Part shown: in pieces, positions 33,471 through 51,304 of the stretch
Numbering within the stretch: position 1 is the stretch's first letter
Layout of the letters: each line of letters starts with the position of its first letter
Assembly: GCF_009914755.1 (NCBI RefSeq)
Contig: NC_060925.1
Origin: the human T2T-CHM13v2.0 reference genome, Homo sapiens
Reading direction: 5' to 3' (one strand)
DNA length: 64,000 bases
Position numbers and translations under genes: made by a program
The notes under the pieces: model-generated
Told to the model about the DNA's origin: nothing
Seen by the model: only the letters and a program-made list of their open reading frames with translations
Database searches by the model: none

Positions 33471-35225
33471 AAGCCATTGAAGAGGAAACACATAGTTCAT
33501 TGTAAAGGCTTATCTATTGGCCCACGCGGCGCTCTTGCAGAATTTTGCTAGTGGAGTTCACCTGCCCTGGGAGGCCCTTTGGTTCCAGCATCCTGGGTGA
33601 ACTGGATCTCCTGCCACTCCTACCTGTTCAGGACCTAGAGAACAGCAAGCCCGAGGCTCCATCTCCTGTTTACCGCTGGCTGTTCTGCTCTGTTTCTGAT
33701 CCATGGCATGCAGCCATGACTTTATAACTTACAAAATCCTTTATTGCCATAAGTGGAGAGGAGTTTCATGCATGCAAACTTGTCCCAACCTGGCAGCTTC
33801 ATCTTCATTTTGTAAATGTTGCAATGAAACTCCAGGAGGTTCTGTGCTTGCTGGAGGCGTATGGGCCATATGGTGTGGAGGAAGGGCTGTAGTTGACCAC
33901 TGCTTTATAAGCAGCTTTGTAAACGTATATATTTCAAGATGACACACACATACACACACACACCCCAGTCCCAGAGTGACACAATCATAGGGCCATTGCC
34001 AGAGCAATCATGAGTACTGAAAAAGTGAACACATGGCCTCTGCACACCAGGTCCCAGGCCGCAGCTGTGGCAGACATCCCTAATCAATCACAGGACTCCT
34101 TCGTGCTGAGCCCAGATGCAACCTCAGAATCCTGGAAAGCCCATATGGGGTTGATTTATAAAAGGAAGCATTGGCCATTTTTGCTGCAGGGGCAAGCTGT
34201 CCTGGGGGGCCTTTCCTGGGGGATAGGGAACAGCATTGGCCTAATCTCGGGTCTTGGAACCCTGTTCTTGAACCCTTGGCAGCATTCTCTGCCGGATTTA
34301 TAAAGTGACTGCAGCTCTGGAACATGAGACAAAATTAGTGCAGCCTCAGAGAGCGCTGTCTCGAAATTGGCTTTCCAGCGAGCGGCTGGGTCTCCTACTC
34401 TCCCCACAGGTGGGGCTGTTTGAGTCCCTGGTAGGATTTGTTCCAGCTGCCAGACATGGATTAGGCTTTTGACTGTTGAACCCAGACAAGGGGACCAGCT
34501 GTTTAATGAGCTGGAGGAGGAAGTGGCTCCTGAAAGCAAGTCCTTTTCTTGGCTCAGGCATGCAGATCAGACATGGAACCAGGAAAGCTGCCTCGCCAAG
34601 CTTGGTAACCAGAGGGAAATGAATGATAGTGATCTGACAGGGAAGGATAAGGACAGGGGAGAAGAGGGGAGGTGGGGAGAGGAGCAGGAGGGGAGGAGCC
34701 AGGAGGGAAATCATGGACCAGCCTTTGCCTAGACCCCAGGGCTCTGCTGCAGGCTCCACTCCTCTTGGCTTCTTTTGCTATCAGAATCATTGTGCCTTGG
34801 ATCCTGGAGATCCCGAGGCATGTAGATGATCTAGGGGTAGGCTAGATACAGATTTACATTGATACCTGGAGACAGGATAACCTGGGTTCAAATTCCTGTT
34901 CCTCATTGACTTGCCTCCGTTTCCTCATCTACAAAATGGGCTTCGTGTTTCCATGAGCAGGGGCGTAATGCTCTCAGACTTCCCCACCCTGTCACATTCT
35001 GCCATTCAGCTTTTGGTAGATGTTCAAACTGCCATTTGGACCTTTATCCATGGGATTTCAGTGTCTCTCTCTTGATTGGATCTGAACTTGGTGGAGGAGG
35101 TGGTGGGTTTATTCATTAGAACCCACTGAACATTAATGGCACCCACCCACGTGTTTGATGTGACGATTAAGCAGGTGAAGGTGTTTGTAGCTGCTTGTAT
35201 CCTCCATGTCTAGATATATAGCTAA

Positions 35226-35591
<366 letters not shown>

Positions 35592-36124
35592 AGATTGGTG
35601 CTTAGTTTAATTTCAGCTGGCGAGTCCTTCCCGTCCAGCCTCCTCCTAATGTGCCATTGTGGGGAGAGGGCAGGGAAGGTCTGAGAGCAGCCTCATGCCT
35701 TCCTGGAAGAGTGGGCCTGTCCTGGGGCCTGGAAAGCAGGGATGTGGTGGCAGCTCCCCAGGCAGCTTCCTGCTCCTCAGCTGAGATTTGGAATGAGTGA
35801 TCCCCTCCCTGCGCAAACCCAGGTAGTCCTCAGGGAGGCAGGTGAGGGGAAGGTTTCAACCCCGCTTCTGCCACCAACAGCAAGGGGTGACCTGGGGGAA
35901 GTGAGTAGGTTGGGCCTGGGCTTGGGGCTCCGAGGAGATGGGTGGCAGGGCACAGCCTCCTAGAAAGTCAGGGAAGCAGGGCTAGCTCCAGTCACTGTCC
36001 CAACTGTCACCCAGTTTATGGAGAACTGCTCTGTGCCAGGCCCAGTGCTGAATAAGACACGCACGGTCCTGGCTCTCAGGCAGTTGATATTAACATGCTA
36101 TCCTTCATGAAAATCATGAGAGTG

Positions 36125-36402
36125 CTGTCGGCCACAGTTCCGCAAAGAAGCTGTTGGGGCCACGTGCATTTCAGATTTCAAAATTGTTTTCAGATTTTAT
36201 TAATGTAATGTTCCCTATATTACAGACGACTCCAACATATTCATATTTCTGTAGCGAAATACATGTGAATAGTGGGATACAGACTGTTAAGTATCTCTAA
36301 GGTCAGTTCAGTTTAGGTTTTGCTGCCAAATGAGTTTTGAAAAGCTTTTTGGTCTCAGAGCTTTGGGGATGTTGGAATGGCAGAGGAGGGATGAGGGACT
36401 GA
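36125..36402. mobile_element. Possible ancient Tigger-type DNA transposon fragment
   Basis: AT-rich body with a Tigger-like end; family uncertain. Confidence 0.35.
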
Positions 36403-36409
36403 CCACTTC

Positions 36410-36620
36410 CCGAGCTCTGAGAAGCACTGGGCCGAGCACTTTCACTGGCTGAATACATTAAACGCTCACAACAGCCCTATGAGGTCCGTTCTATTTTTGT
36501 CATTCTGACTGTACAGAAGAGGAGATCCAGGCACAGAGAGGTTAAGTAATTCACCGAAGTTCACACAGCTAGTAAGAGGCAGAGCTTGGATTCAAACCCC
36601 TCGGGGGCCAAAGCCTGCCA
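36410..36620 (-). mobile_element. MIR
   Basis: acaacagccctatgagg...ggcacagagaggttaagtaa...ggattcaaaccc. Confidence 0.8.
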
Positions 36621-37240
36621 AGGTCACATAGTTTACAATCCAATGTGTGGTGGGCAGGTTGGGGAGGTGGAGGGAGCACTAGCACAAAGATGGTTACAGT
36701 GCAGTGGAAGAAGTGCCAGAACTGGGGGGTCCAGGTCCCTGAAGCCCAGAGGCAGGGGCCCAACTCAGCTTAACGGTTGGGGAAGATGCCCTAGGGGAGC
36801 TGGCAGCTTCCCCAACCCCGAGGGCACCAGCCAGGTAACAGCGGGGAAGGGAAAAGTGTTTCAAGTGAAGGAAATAGCATAAACAGCAAGAACAAAGGCC
36901 TAGAGGAGAGAGAGAGCAAAATGGGGGTGCAGCCTGGAATGGGAGGCCACGGGGAAGGAGGTGGGGGCTTGGAGGGTAAGCTGGGACCAGCCTCACAGGA
37001 CCTGCGGGGCCACACTGTGTCCTCCTGACTCATCTACTCCCTGACCCCTCACACCACCCCGGGGAATCCCATGATGGGAAGAGGTCAGATCTTCCTGCCT
37101 TCTGTCCAGGAAGAGGGACTGAGGAACAGGACTGTTTCCCATGCATGAGATCCTGAGTCCACAACCCCAGCCGAGCTCCCCTTCAAAGGTGGTGGGCAGG
37201 GGAGCAGGGGACTCGGAGACACACAGGGAGGGAAGGAGTA

Positions 37241-37532
37241 TTTTTTTTTCTTTCTTTTTGAGACAGAGTCTCACTCTGTCACCCAGGCTGGAGCACAGGG
37301 GCACGATCTTGCAACCTCTGCCTCCCGGGTTCAAGCGATTCTCATGCCTCATCCTCCCAAGTAGCTGGGATTACAGCATGCACCCCCACAACTGGCTCAT
37401 TTTTGTACTATTAGTGGAGACAAGCTTTCGCCATGTTGGTCAGTCTGGTCTCGAACTCCTGACCTCAAGTGATCCACCCACCTTGGGCTCCCAAAATGTT
37501 AGGATGACAGGCGTGAGCCACTGCGCTTGGCC
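37241..37532 (-). mobile_element. AluS-like
   Basis: Antisense Alu. Confidence 0.92.
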
Positions 37533-37759
37533 GGGAAGGATTCTTTATCTTTGACTAGGAGTGCTTGATGAAACACCGGGGCTGGGGAAGGGGTGGGAGG
37601 ATGAGAAGTGGACCAGTCCTTGCAGTGTCAGGACTCCCTCCCTGGGGGGCCATCTCCTCCCTCCCTAACAGGCTGGGTGCTTGGCTCCAGCCACTGCCAG
37701 GCGAGCAAACCCTCTGAGTGCCGAGGATGCACAAGCTGCCTCTCTCCTGGAGACGAGCC

Positions 37760-37960
37760 CCTGCCTGACAGATGAAATCTTTATTATGGTGATTTTTATT
37801 TGGGGGCGTGTGAGTGTGTGCACATCTGGGGCCCAGGCGGCAGCCGAAATTCCCACAAACGTGGCTCATGAATATTCCACAGTGTTGCCTACCGCACTTT
37901 GCAGCCATCGATTATTTATATGTGAAATAACGAAAGCTTCATAAATAATGGAACTGCCTG
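37760..37960. promoter_or_regulatory. AT-rich unique island, candidate enhancer
   Basis: ttttattatgg, atgaatattc, cgattatttata, cataaataatgg. Confidence 0.4.
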
Positions 37961-38372
37961 TGTCCCAGCTGCATCTCCCGCGTCCCTCTGCCTGGCCCAG
38001 GTGAGGGGATGGGCTATGCAGGGAACTGGCATCCGAGCAGGGAGTGGCCTTGACGTTCAAAAACTACTTTCTCCAGCAGAATTCACATCCTTCATAGGAA
38101 GGAGGCCTGCGTGGCGCAGGAATGTGTATGTGTGTGCACACTGTATGCACACATTGCGTGTACTCACTTTCCCACCCAGGGAGGGGCCAGAACACGCAGG
38201 GCTGGGCCGGGGGTTGCTTATACTGTAGACTCTGCAGTGTAGACTCTGTGCAGATGGGCACAGAGAAAAACCTTGTGTTAGATTACTGATGAGCTGGGAA
38301 AACAGCAGACATTTCTTTGTTCAATTCAATTTGAACCTCACCACTGTTGACTTGGAGTCGGCCAGTGTCTGA

Positions 38373-38695
<323 letters not shown>

Positions 38696-39105
38696 GAGTG
38701 TTACCCCTTTAGACGCAGAGCATGTCTTAAAGGGACAGAGAAAGCCTCCAATCAGCCTTGTCCCCCAAATCCTGCACTACACAAACTGCTTCCAAGTCTT
38801 CAGGGTAAATGTTTGGGGTTCAGGGGAGGTGAATTCATGGCAGATGAGCAGGTGTGCCCATGCAGAGTGGAAGCCTGGGATTGAAGGTGAAGACCTATGT
38901 GCCCAATTCCTCACCACCCCCCAGACATTTGACAATAGCTTCTTCCTCTGAGCAACTTCCATTTCTCAGTCTTCTCACCTCCATCGTCTCCAGTCTGTAC
39001 AACCACCTTTAAAGCAGGTGCAATTAAAATACCACTTTGCAGAGACGGTTAGTGCAGTTAATAATTTGTCCAAAGTTGCAGAGCTTGATAAGTAGGAGAG
39101 CCTGA

Positions 39106-39665
<560 letters not shown>

Positions 39666-40076
39666 CACTGTTTTCCAATTAAGGCCTTGCCTATTGTCTG
39701 GCCAGCACTGGACCAGGGCAAGGACATCTACATCCTCAAGCAGTGCACATTTTCTCTGTGACTGCTGAAAGGGGGAAGTGTGTGGACTATACATTGATTG
39801 GGACATTGAATTATTTGTATGAAGTACAAGTTGGGTAAAATACAAAAACTAAGTGTGACGAATGTTCTTATCCCTGGTTGAATCACTAGGGGAGCTTTTT
39901 GAAAAATGGTTTTGAATTAAACTTTATTTTGAGATAATTATAGATACACATACAATTGTAGAAAATAATACAGACAGATCCCATGTACCCTTTACCCAGC
40001 TTTTCCCAATGTTAACAGTGTGCAAAACTGTAGTATAATATTATGCCAGTAAGCAGACGTTAATATAATGCACTAT

Positions 40077-40422
<346 letters not shown>

Positions 40423-40840
40423 AAAATCCACTGATCTTATTCAGATATCAGCAGTTTCCTATCATGCTAATTTGTGTGTTTATGCATTTTGATTACATGT
40501 GTAGGTTTGTGTATCAAGATACAGAGAAGACCCACTGGCATGAGGGCCTCTTATGTTGCCCTTTTATAACCATATCCACCTACTCCCCCTCCCCCTCTCT
40601 ACCCCAACCCCATCCCTGACCCTTGGCAACCATTCATCTGTTCTCTCTATAATTTTGTCATTTTGAGAATGTTCTATAAACGGAGTCATACAGCATGTAA
40701 CCTTTCAAGATTGGCTTTTTTTTTCACTCACTCAGCATCGTTCCCTTAAAATTCATCCTAACTGGAATGTGTATCAATAGTTTGTTCCTTTGTATTGTTG
40801 GGTAGTATTCTACGGTATGGGTGCAACACAGTTTAACTCA

Positions 40841-41847
<1,007 letters not shown>

Positions 41848-42049
41848 TCACTTGCAGCTCAGGGCACAGGATCGGTCCCTGGGAGAAAGGACAACTTCAG
41901 GGCGAACTAATGAGGCCAAACCGCACACCACTTCCTCCCTGCATCCCAGCCCTCCTCCTGCCTCACTGATAGCCCCTCATCCTGCTTCTCTCACTCCCCT
42001 CGGCTCTCCCTCCGGAAGGAAAGCCGGACCCCCTCTCTGCTTCCAGACC

Positions 42050-42320
42050 AAGGCTGGAATTATTTAATGCCAAATCAGTAAAAGCGTCAGCAGCTTGCCG
42101 CTTAACTGCTAAGAGGAATGATTCATAACCCCATGCCAGGCACCGAGCACTTCCTTCCCATCGCCTCGGCCCACCCCGCGCGAGAGAGGAGATAAATTAC
42201 TGTCATTGCTTTTTATGGCACATATAATCGGGTGGCAACATGGAGACTCGACTCATCTCAAAGTCATTTACAATGAATTATTCATTTGGCTGAAAAAAGT
42301 CTTCAATTGGAGGGGGAAAT
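42050..42320. promoter_or_regulatory. Candidate conserved enhancer
   Basis: Unique, CpG-retaining; TGTCA, TTTATGG, X-box-like ggcaacatggagac, palindrome AATGAATTATTCATT. Confidence 0.5.
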
Positions 42321-42462
42321 AGCCTCTCGACTCCCTGGCTTCGGGCTGCCCTGTTGGTAGGTGGGGAGGTAATCCTGGGCCTGGGAGATCCAAGTTCCCC
42401 TCGGTAACTTCTGGACCTCAGAATCCGATAGCATGGGCAAGAGGGTAGGGGTAGGAGTCTGA

Positions 42463-42944
<482 letters not shown>

Positions 42945-42977
42945 TCTATAAACATTTGTTATCTACTAATATGTGCA

Positions 42978-43300
42978 TATCAGTCAGGATATGGCACCTT
43001 ACGCTGCAGTAACAAGCATCCCCCTAATTTCAGAGGTGTAAGAGCACAAGGTATATTTCTCAGGCAACTCATCACACAGGTCTATGTCGTTCTCACTCTG
43101 GGAAGCGGCTGGTGGAGCAGCCACTATCTTGATGGTTGCTGCCACAAGCATATCCTCTTAAAACATACACTCAGAAAGGACACATGTTGCTTCTGTTTCC
43201 ATTTCATGAGCGAAAGCAAGTCTCATGGCCACACCTAACTTCAAATGGGCAGGAAAGTGCCACCTGACCTTATGCCCTGGAGGAGGAGAAAAAGGAACAT
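42978..43300 (-). mobile_element. MLT1-family LTR
   Basis: tatcagtcagg...gctgcagtaacaa...catggccacacctaacttcaa. Confidence 0.65.
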
Positions 43301-43539
43301 CTGTGAACGCCCCGATGCTTATTTCACAGGGGATGTGTCAGGCCTTGGAAAGTAACAATGAAAGGGACCTAGTCTTTTTTCTTGATGGTCTAGTGCAAGG
43401 GGCAGATGGAAAAGACAGATGCACAGAAAAGGACGATCCAGGGGGCTCCGCTCCAGGAAAGAGGCCTTCCTGGAACTCCCAGGAGGAAGGGCGATGTGGG
43501 ATCTGGCCTCAAGGGACCTGATCTTGGAACTTTTTGGTC

Positions 43540-43655
43540 ATGGGCAAGTGAACTCATGTCTTCGAGCCTCAGTTTCTTCCTCCTTCACGTGGGGGTGATG
43601 AAGGTGAGACCGTAGCACCCACTCATTGGGTGGTTGTGAGAAATGCGTGAAATGT
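43540..43655 (+). mobile_element. MIR
   Basis: tgggcaagtg...gcctcagtttcttc...ggttgtgag. Confidence 0.65.
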
Positions 43656-44196
43656 CTGTCGAAGCCTTTGGAAGGTGAGTCATTGGCATGGTTTGCTATG
43701 AATTCATTTACACTTGTTTTTAGAATAACAACGCTAAGTTGCTTCTCGCAGGGACATTCAGTTCCTGAGGTTGGCCCCCGCCAACTATGCTTCTGAATCA
43801 GGGTTCAGCCTGGTAGGCCTGGCTGGCTGGGGGCTCCCCAAGGGGCAGCTCCAGCTTTACGAAAATAGCAATTTCCCTGGAGAACTCAAGTGTGGACTGG
43901 GGGCAGTGCCCCCTTCTGGTAGGAGGGGCTTTGGGCTGGAGGGTGGCCTGAGCATGGTGAGTGTGGAGCTCACCTAGAGGCCTCATCTGTGGGTGAGGTC
44001 CCAAGTCCCACCCCCAGCTCCCCCTGAGCCGCAGCCCCCATGGCATTCATTCATTCATCCAACACATATTGATTGAGTGCTGGCACTCGCAGGCATTGCG
44101 CTGGGGTTGAGGACACAGCAGATGAACAGGACAGACCAGCTTCTATTCTCACGGTGCTTGCATGGCAGTGGGAGAACAGGTCATTTTTGTGGTTGA

Positions 44197-44564
<368 letters not shown>

Positions 44565-44574
44565 TTGTGTGATT

Positions 44575-44969
44575 TGTTTCTGAGAGCCAGCCTGCACCTG
44601 TGACTCTCTTTAGAGGACTGCCCCGGGCTATGAGAGCTGGTGTGCCCAATGCATACAGAGAACAGGAAGTGTGCTGAGAGTTCATGTTTCCCCAGAGGCA
44701 GCCCTTAGCTCAGGACTGATGAGTGTTGGAGAATGGAAGTCCTGCTCCCTCGCCTTGAATTGGGACATCCCTTAAGATGTCATTTCTACTTCAGGGCCTC
44801 CCATAGGGCCAGGCTAAGGCTGAGGCTTTGCTCGAAATTGCCCCCCTGGTTAGCTTCCTCCCTTCTCTGTCCTGCCCCCGTATCAGTCTCCTCTGGGAGC
44901 ACCTTCTTGAATCATCAGCACACAGATCCTCATAGCAGGGTTTGCTTCTGGGGAGCCTCACTTACAACA
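44575..44969 (+). mobile_element. LTR16-like ERVL LTR
   Basis: ctgcacctgtgactctct...ctcctctgggagcaccttc...gcttctggggagcctcacttacaaca. Confidence 0.6.
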
Positions 44970-44974
44970 CTTAT

Positions 44975-45770
44975 CTGAAACCCACCCCTTCCTTCCTCAG
45001 TGGGCAGAGCCTCTGTTTTGTTCTCAGCTCTTTCTCCTCTCCACAGGACTCAGCACGAGTACTGTTGGTCTGACTGGTCCCACTCGATTTGCCCTGAATT
45101 GCATTAGCTGGGAACAGGTGACTCAGATGTGGCCAAGGACACAGGATGGGATATCTGTGGGGCGGCTTCTGGGAATCGTTTTCTTTTTCTTTTCTTTTTT
45201 CCTTAAGGCAGAGTCTGGTTCTGTCGCCCAGAGAGCGGTAACACGATCTCAGCTCACTGCAACCTCTGCCTCCCGGGTTCAAGCAATTTTCATGCCTCAG
45301 GCTCCTGAGTAGCTGGAGTTACAGGCACGTGCTACCATGCCCGGCTAATGTTTTGTATTTTTAGTAGAGACAGGGTTTCACCATGTTGGCTGGGCTGGTC
45401 TTGAACTCCCTACCTCAAGCGATCTGCTCACCTCAGACTCCCAAAATGCTGGGATTACAGGTGTGAGCCACCACACTGGCTTGGGAATGGTTTTCTTAAA
45501 ACAATAGGCAGAGGATGAATCCACTTCCCCCACTGGACACACAGCCACATGCAATGGCAGGAACCTTGGCCAGTGCACTGAGGAAGCTGACACACCAAGG
45601 ATGGTGTGGTGAAGGCACCTGTGCTCCACACGATGCCCGGGAGGCTCAGATTGCCAGCCTGGAGCCCCACACCTCAGAATGCCTTGTTCTGTGAAATGAG
45701 AAATCCCCTATTTGGCAAAGCCATTTTGAGTCTGGTCTGCTGTTATTTGCAACCAAAGATATCCCAGTGG
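44975..45770 (+). mobile_element. Old MLT1-family LTR interrupted by an Alu
   Basis: ggcttctgggaa...aagccatt...ctgttatttgcaaccaaa. Confidence 0.55.
45180..45480 (-). mobile_element. AluS-like
   Basis: TSD tgggaatSgttttctt. Confidence 0.92.
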
Positions 45771-45777
45771 ATATGAT

Positions 45778-46076
45778 TTCATTTATTTATTTTATTTTAT
45801 TTTACTTTTGAGATGGAGTCTTGCTGTGTCACCTAGGCTGGAGTGCAAATGAGGCAGTCTCCACCTCCCGGGTTCAAGTGAATCTGCTGCCTCAGCCTCC
45901 TGAGTAGCTGGGATTACAGACGTCTGCCACCACGCACAGCTAATTTTTGTATTTTTAGTAGAGATAGGGCTTCACCATGTTGGCCAGGCTGGTCTCAAAC
46001 TCCTTACCTCAGGTGATCCGCCTGCCTCGGCCTCCCAAAGTGCTGGGATTACAGGCTTGAGCCACCACGCCCAGCT
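45778..46076 (-). mobile_element. AluS-like with an internal deletion
   Basis: TSD cagtggatatgattt. Confidence 0.92.
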
Positions 46077-46975
46077 TGACACAGTGGATATGATTTTAGA
46101 TAGTGATAAGTTGCCATGAAAGATGGGTTCCTTCCAGGTCTCTGTTTAGTTTGGCAGGTGGGTCCCATTGGGCTTCCATCATGTACTAGGTTTGCAATAA
46201 ATTACACAGTGTCATATGGCATGGGGTAAGGAATAGGCTTTATTGGGGAAACAGAAAACTAACAAGGCAGAGTCAATAAGCAAAACAAATGGAAGGTATG
46301 GGGTCAGATAACAGTGGGGAGGACTTCAGGTGTCCTGGGAATGTAACCTCACATTATTTATCCCTCATGTCTCCTGAAACATCTTTTCTGTTTGTTTGCT
46401 CTTTTGGTCTCTATAAATCTTGTTTCCTTCTTTGCTATGGCCATCAGGAAGCTCAGAGTTAATTTGTGGCACCTCTCATTTACTGTTAGTACCTTATAGT
46501 GTGTAAGTTTGTATTGTCCCTTTAGCCTGACATTATCTTATTTTTCCTTTGCTCCAAGTTCCTCATCCATCTGTTTTTATTCTGTTGGGCTCTGCCTATT
46601 TCTGTAAGTTCCATCAGTTATTCTTCAGAGTGAAGCAGGATATGCCTGAATCCATCCATCCATCCCCTGAAGCTGTACTTAGAACCTCCCTGAGGACGGT
46701 GACTGCTAAGTGGCTCCGAAGAGCCTCCCCAGGCATCTGGCAGGCTGGGGAAAAGCTGAGAAAGGCCTCTTTCTCTGTAGCTTCAAGGAGGTATTTATTG
46801 GCTGTCTTTCAGGCACATTTTAGCTGTCATCCAACATTCTCAACCTTAGTCCCCTTCTCTGGGCTAAGGGGAGAATGATGGTCCTACCCCAGTCTCCCAG
46901 ATGCCAGGTCTGGGAAATGGAGTGGAAAATCCTTTGAAATTCCCAATTAATAAATAAAAATAATGTGGAGGGCTC

Positions 46976-47491
46976 ATCACCATGGAGACCAAAGGCTTGT
47001 TTGGTCGTCATGGTGACCCTGGGATAGGCTGTCTGCCCAAAATGATCAGCATCACTAGGAAAGAAGGGCCAAGAGGTGGAGAGACAGGACTGCATGCCAC
47101 AGGGTGAGAGCCAGGCGCCGGCAGATTTCTCGAGGCAGGTCGAGAGCAAGAGTGGGATGATGTGGAGGTGTGGGAGATCAAAGGGGAGAGCACACTATCT
47201 TCTAGAACTTTCTTCCTGCCACTCTGCCCCCTCTTTCATCCACCCGATTCCTTCTGGGCCCCGTGCCCCCCGGGCTGGGAGGGGAACCTGGCCTACTCCT
47301 TGGCAGTGCTGCCAGGGAGTCTCCATGACAACCCCAGCCCCCATCTGTGGGAGTGGAGCCCTCGGCTAGGGCCTCAAGGGAGTTGCCTGGGTAACCGGGC
47401 TCCCTTGCCCCACTTCCCCGCCAACCAAACCTCCTCGGCCCCTCCCCCTCTTTGCGATGGGAGGGTGAGAGGATGGGGTCACCATGGAGAC
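46976..47491. promoter_or_regulatory. Cluster of five RFX X-box-like palindromes plus a TCF/LEF site
   Basis: Motifs at 46976, 47004, 47319, 47382 and 47478; AGATCAAAGGG at 47175. Confidence 0.6.
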
Positions 47492-48145
47492 CCAGCTTCC
47501 CTCCCGCTGCCCCCTTTCCAGAGCAGCTGTCACAGGATGATGGTCGGGAGGAGACCTGGGAACGAGGGTGTCTGCTGGCGAGGAGACAAATGACCAAGAC
47601 CCTCTCTCTGGCGGAGGAAGAGCATCCTGGCTCTTTAAGAAGTGACACTTCTTGGGATGTTTGGGGTGTTGAGTGCAACTCCTCTCAGCCACCCCCTGCT
47701 GGAAGTCCTGGGCTCAGTGGAGCGGGCCTGGGCAACGAGTTCTGGAGCGGGGACCTTCTCCCTCCCTGCCTGGCTGTTCCCCTGCAGAGGAGCTGTGGCT
47801 CATTCAGCAACGGAGAACACTCAGGTGGTTAACGAGCCTTTACTTCCCAAACGAGGAGACGGTTACATGACTAGTTGTTATTTTATCTTGCTAATGAAAA
47901 TACATAAAAAACAAAATGGCCAATTAGCAAGGCCATTTGTTCCCAGGTCTTGGCTGTTTCTTTCTGGAGAGGGAAGCCATTCTCTGGGTTGGGGCTGGCC
48001 CCTCAGTCAACTGTGGTGGCCTCTGAGGCCCCTCCCCCTCACTCCTGCCCTTGTGGTCCCTGGTACCCTTGCCTTTGATTTCTGATGTGTGCCGCCAGCA
48101 GCCAGGAAACCCCTGCCGGTGTTCCCTGCCAACCCCCCTCTGTAG

Positions 48146-48492
<347 letters not shown>

Positions 48493-48524
48493 TGGCTTCT
48501 CATGTCTTTCCTTCAGCTGGCTAG

Positions 48525-49082
<558 letters not shown>

Positions 49083-50067
49083 TGAGCCTTTCGCTGTCTG
49101 GAGAATCTGGAGGCCTCCACCCCCTATCCCTGCAAATAGAAATGCGGGGTTTGGGCTCCGGTTCTAGTGGCCTTGGTTTCTGCCTTGAGCCTAGAGCTCT
49201 CACAGATTCTGACAGCACCTCGGCCACTGTGGGTGCTCAGGGGATTCGTGGAGCTGTCAGGCCTTCTCTGTGGCCGGCGAGATCTCCTGCCGCTTGTAGA
49301 GAAATGGGATTGATACATTACATATTTATGACCTGTTGAGTTCAAGGGAGACAGGCAGGAGAGGAGAGAAAAGGCAGCCAGGGAAGGGGTGCTGAAAAGG
49401 GATCCCCAGCTGTCCCCGGCAAGCTTGGTGACCAGTGAGCAGGACTCAAAATTGTAGTTTGACTGATCACCTGCAAACACAAGGAAGCTATGTCCCTGGG
49501 AGCTGGCAGGGAGGGTGCAGGGTGGCACCTAGCAGCAAAAGAAAACAAAATAAACCTGTTATAATTTGCATCGCTGCGGAAAGCAGGGCGCATGCAGGCG
49601 GAGCGGAGGAGCCCCTGTGGGAGGGGGGCAACCAGGATGGGGGCTCTGTGAGCGTGAACTAGAGAACCCAGAAAGACACACAGTCCCTGGGAACCTGGAA
49701 GCTACCGTGTTCCTGCTGCACCCTTACGTGTGTACTCTGCAAGGTGGGTACCACCATCCCCATGTTATGGATAGATAAATCGAGGCTCAGGGAAAAGGCA
49801 GTATGTCCTTCCAGTATGTCCACTGGAAGGCTGTAAGCCAGAGGGGTTAAGAGTTTGGAATACAGAGGCACTCACTCTGCTTAGCTTTGAGTTTCTGCCT
49901 AGAGACTTCCCGGCCATGTGACATCGAGCACACAGTCTCAACTTCAGTCTTCTTGTCTTCTTATCATAAACTTGGTTACGATTACTGGGAGGGCTGCTGG
50001 AAGAGTTATTAATAAATGAAAAAATATACATCATTTTTCATGGCACTTTGCACATAATAAGAGCTCA

Positions 50068-50406
<339 letters not shown>

Positions 50407-51304
50407 TCATTCCATCCATCCATCCATCAATTAATTTAACCATCAAACTTTGATTGCCAAGTACTTGGTACACAGGTGATGAAGGCACAGTCCTCGCAAG
50501 AAGAGGCTTGCAAACTAGTAAAAGAGACAGACACACAGACACATAATCAAATATGCAAGGATGGTGAGAGAGGTTTGAACAGAGCCTGTGGCAGGGGTGG
50601 GGATGGCTGATTCTCCTTGCAGATGGGTCAGGGGCTGCAGAGCTGATCCTCCAAACGTGAGGGATGGGAGTTTCCTCTGAGCTGGGAAATGTGTGGCCGA
50701 GCTCACCTTCCTTCCTTGGCCTCCCTCCTCCATCTGTTCCAAGCAGCCCTTTGGATAATGAGCTGGATGGTCAATGATGGCAGCAGCTAATTTTCCTGCT
50801 CACAGACTGCAGTACCATGTGGCCTGGCCCAGCTTCAGTGGGCGTGCTGCAGGCACCAGATGTCTCTTAACGTCTTCTCAGTTCAAGATTGATGAAGAGG
50901 GGCAGGGGTCCCCAAAAGACTGCCCTCCTCTCTCCACCTCCTGCGTTGTGGCCTGCCCTCCGAAATGCTTTGAGTGCTTTGGTTCATTGCCATGAGCAGG
51001 CTCAATTGCCTACCAGCATGAGGACTGGAGTTTATGAACCCCAAACCCGAACACTTGGTCTGGTGCGTACTTTGGCAATAGAGCAGAATACCAGGATTGC
51101 CATGAAATTGCAAACAGATGGGAGGGAGGGGATACCTGTGTGGTATGGTTGAAGGGATTGAATGACATGGGCCCCCAGCAACAGCAACAACACCCACTGC
51201 CGCCCCCACACACATGCTCCCCACTCCCCACTCAGTTCCTGATACCTGGGGTTTCACAGTCCTTCCTTTGTCTAGAGTTTATTCCTATAGTCATGCCTCT
51301 GTGC

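Noticed and set aside
34469-34732. Acidic 87-aa ORF
   Set aside because: Non-ATG start, purine-rich bias and no recognisable family
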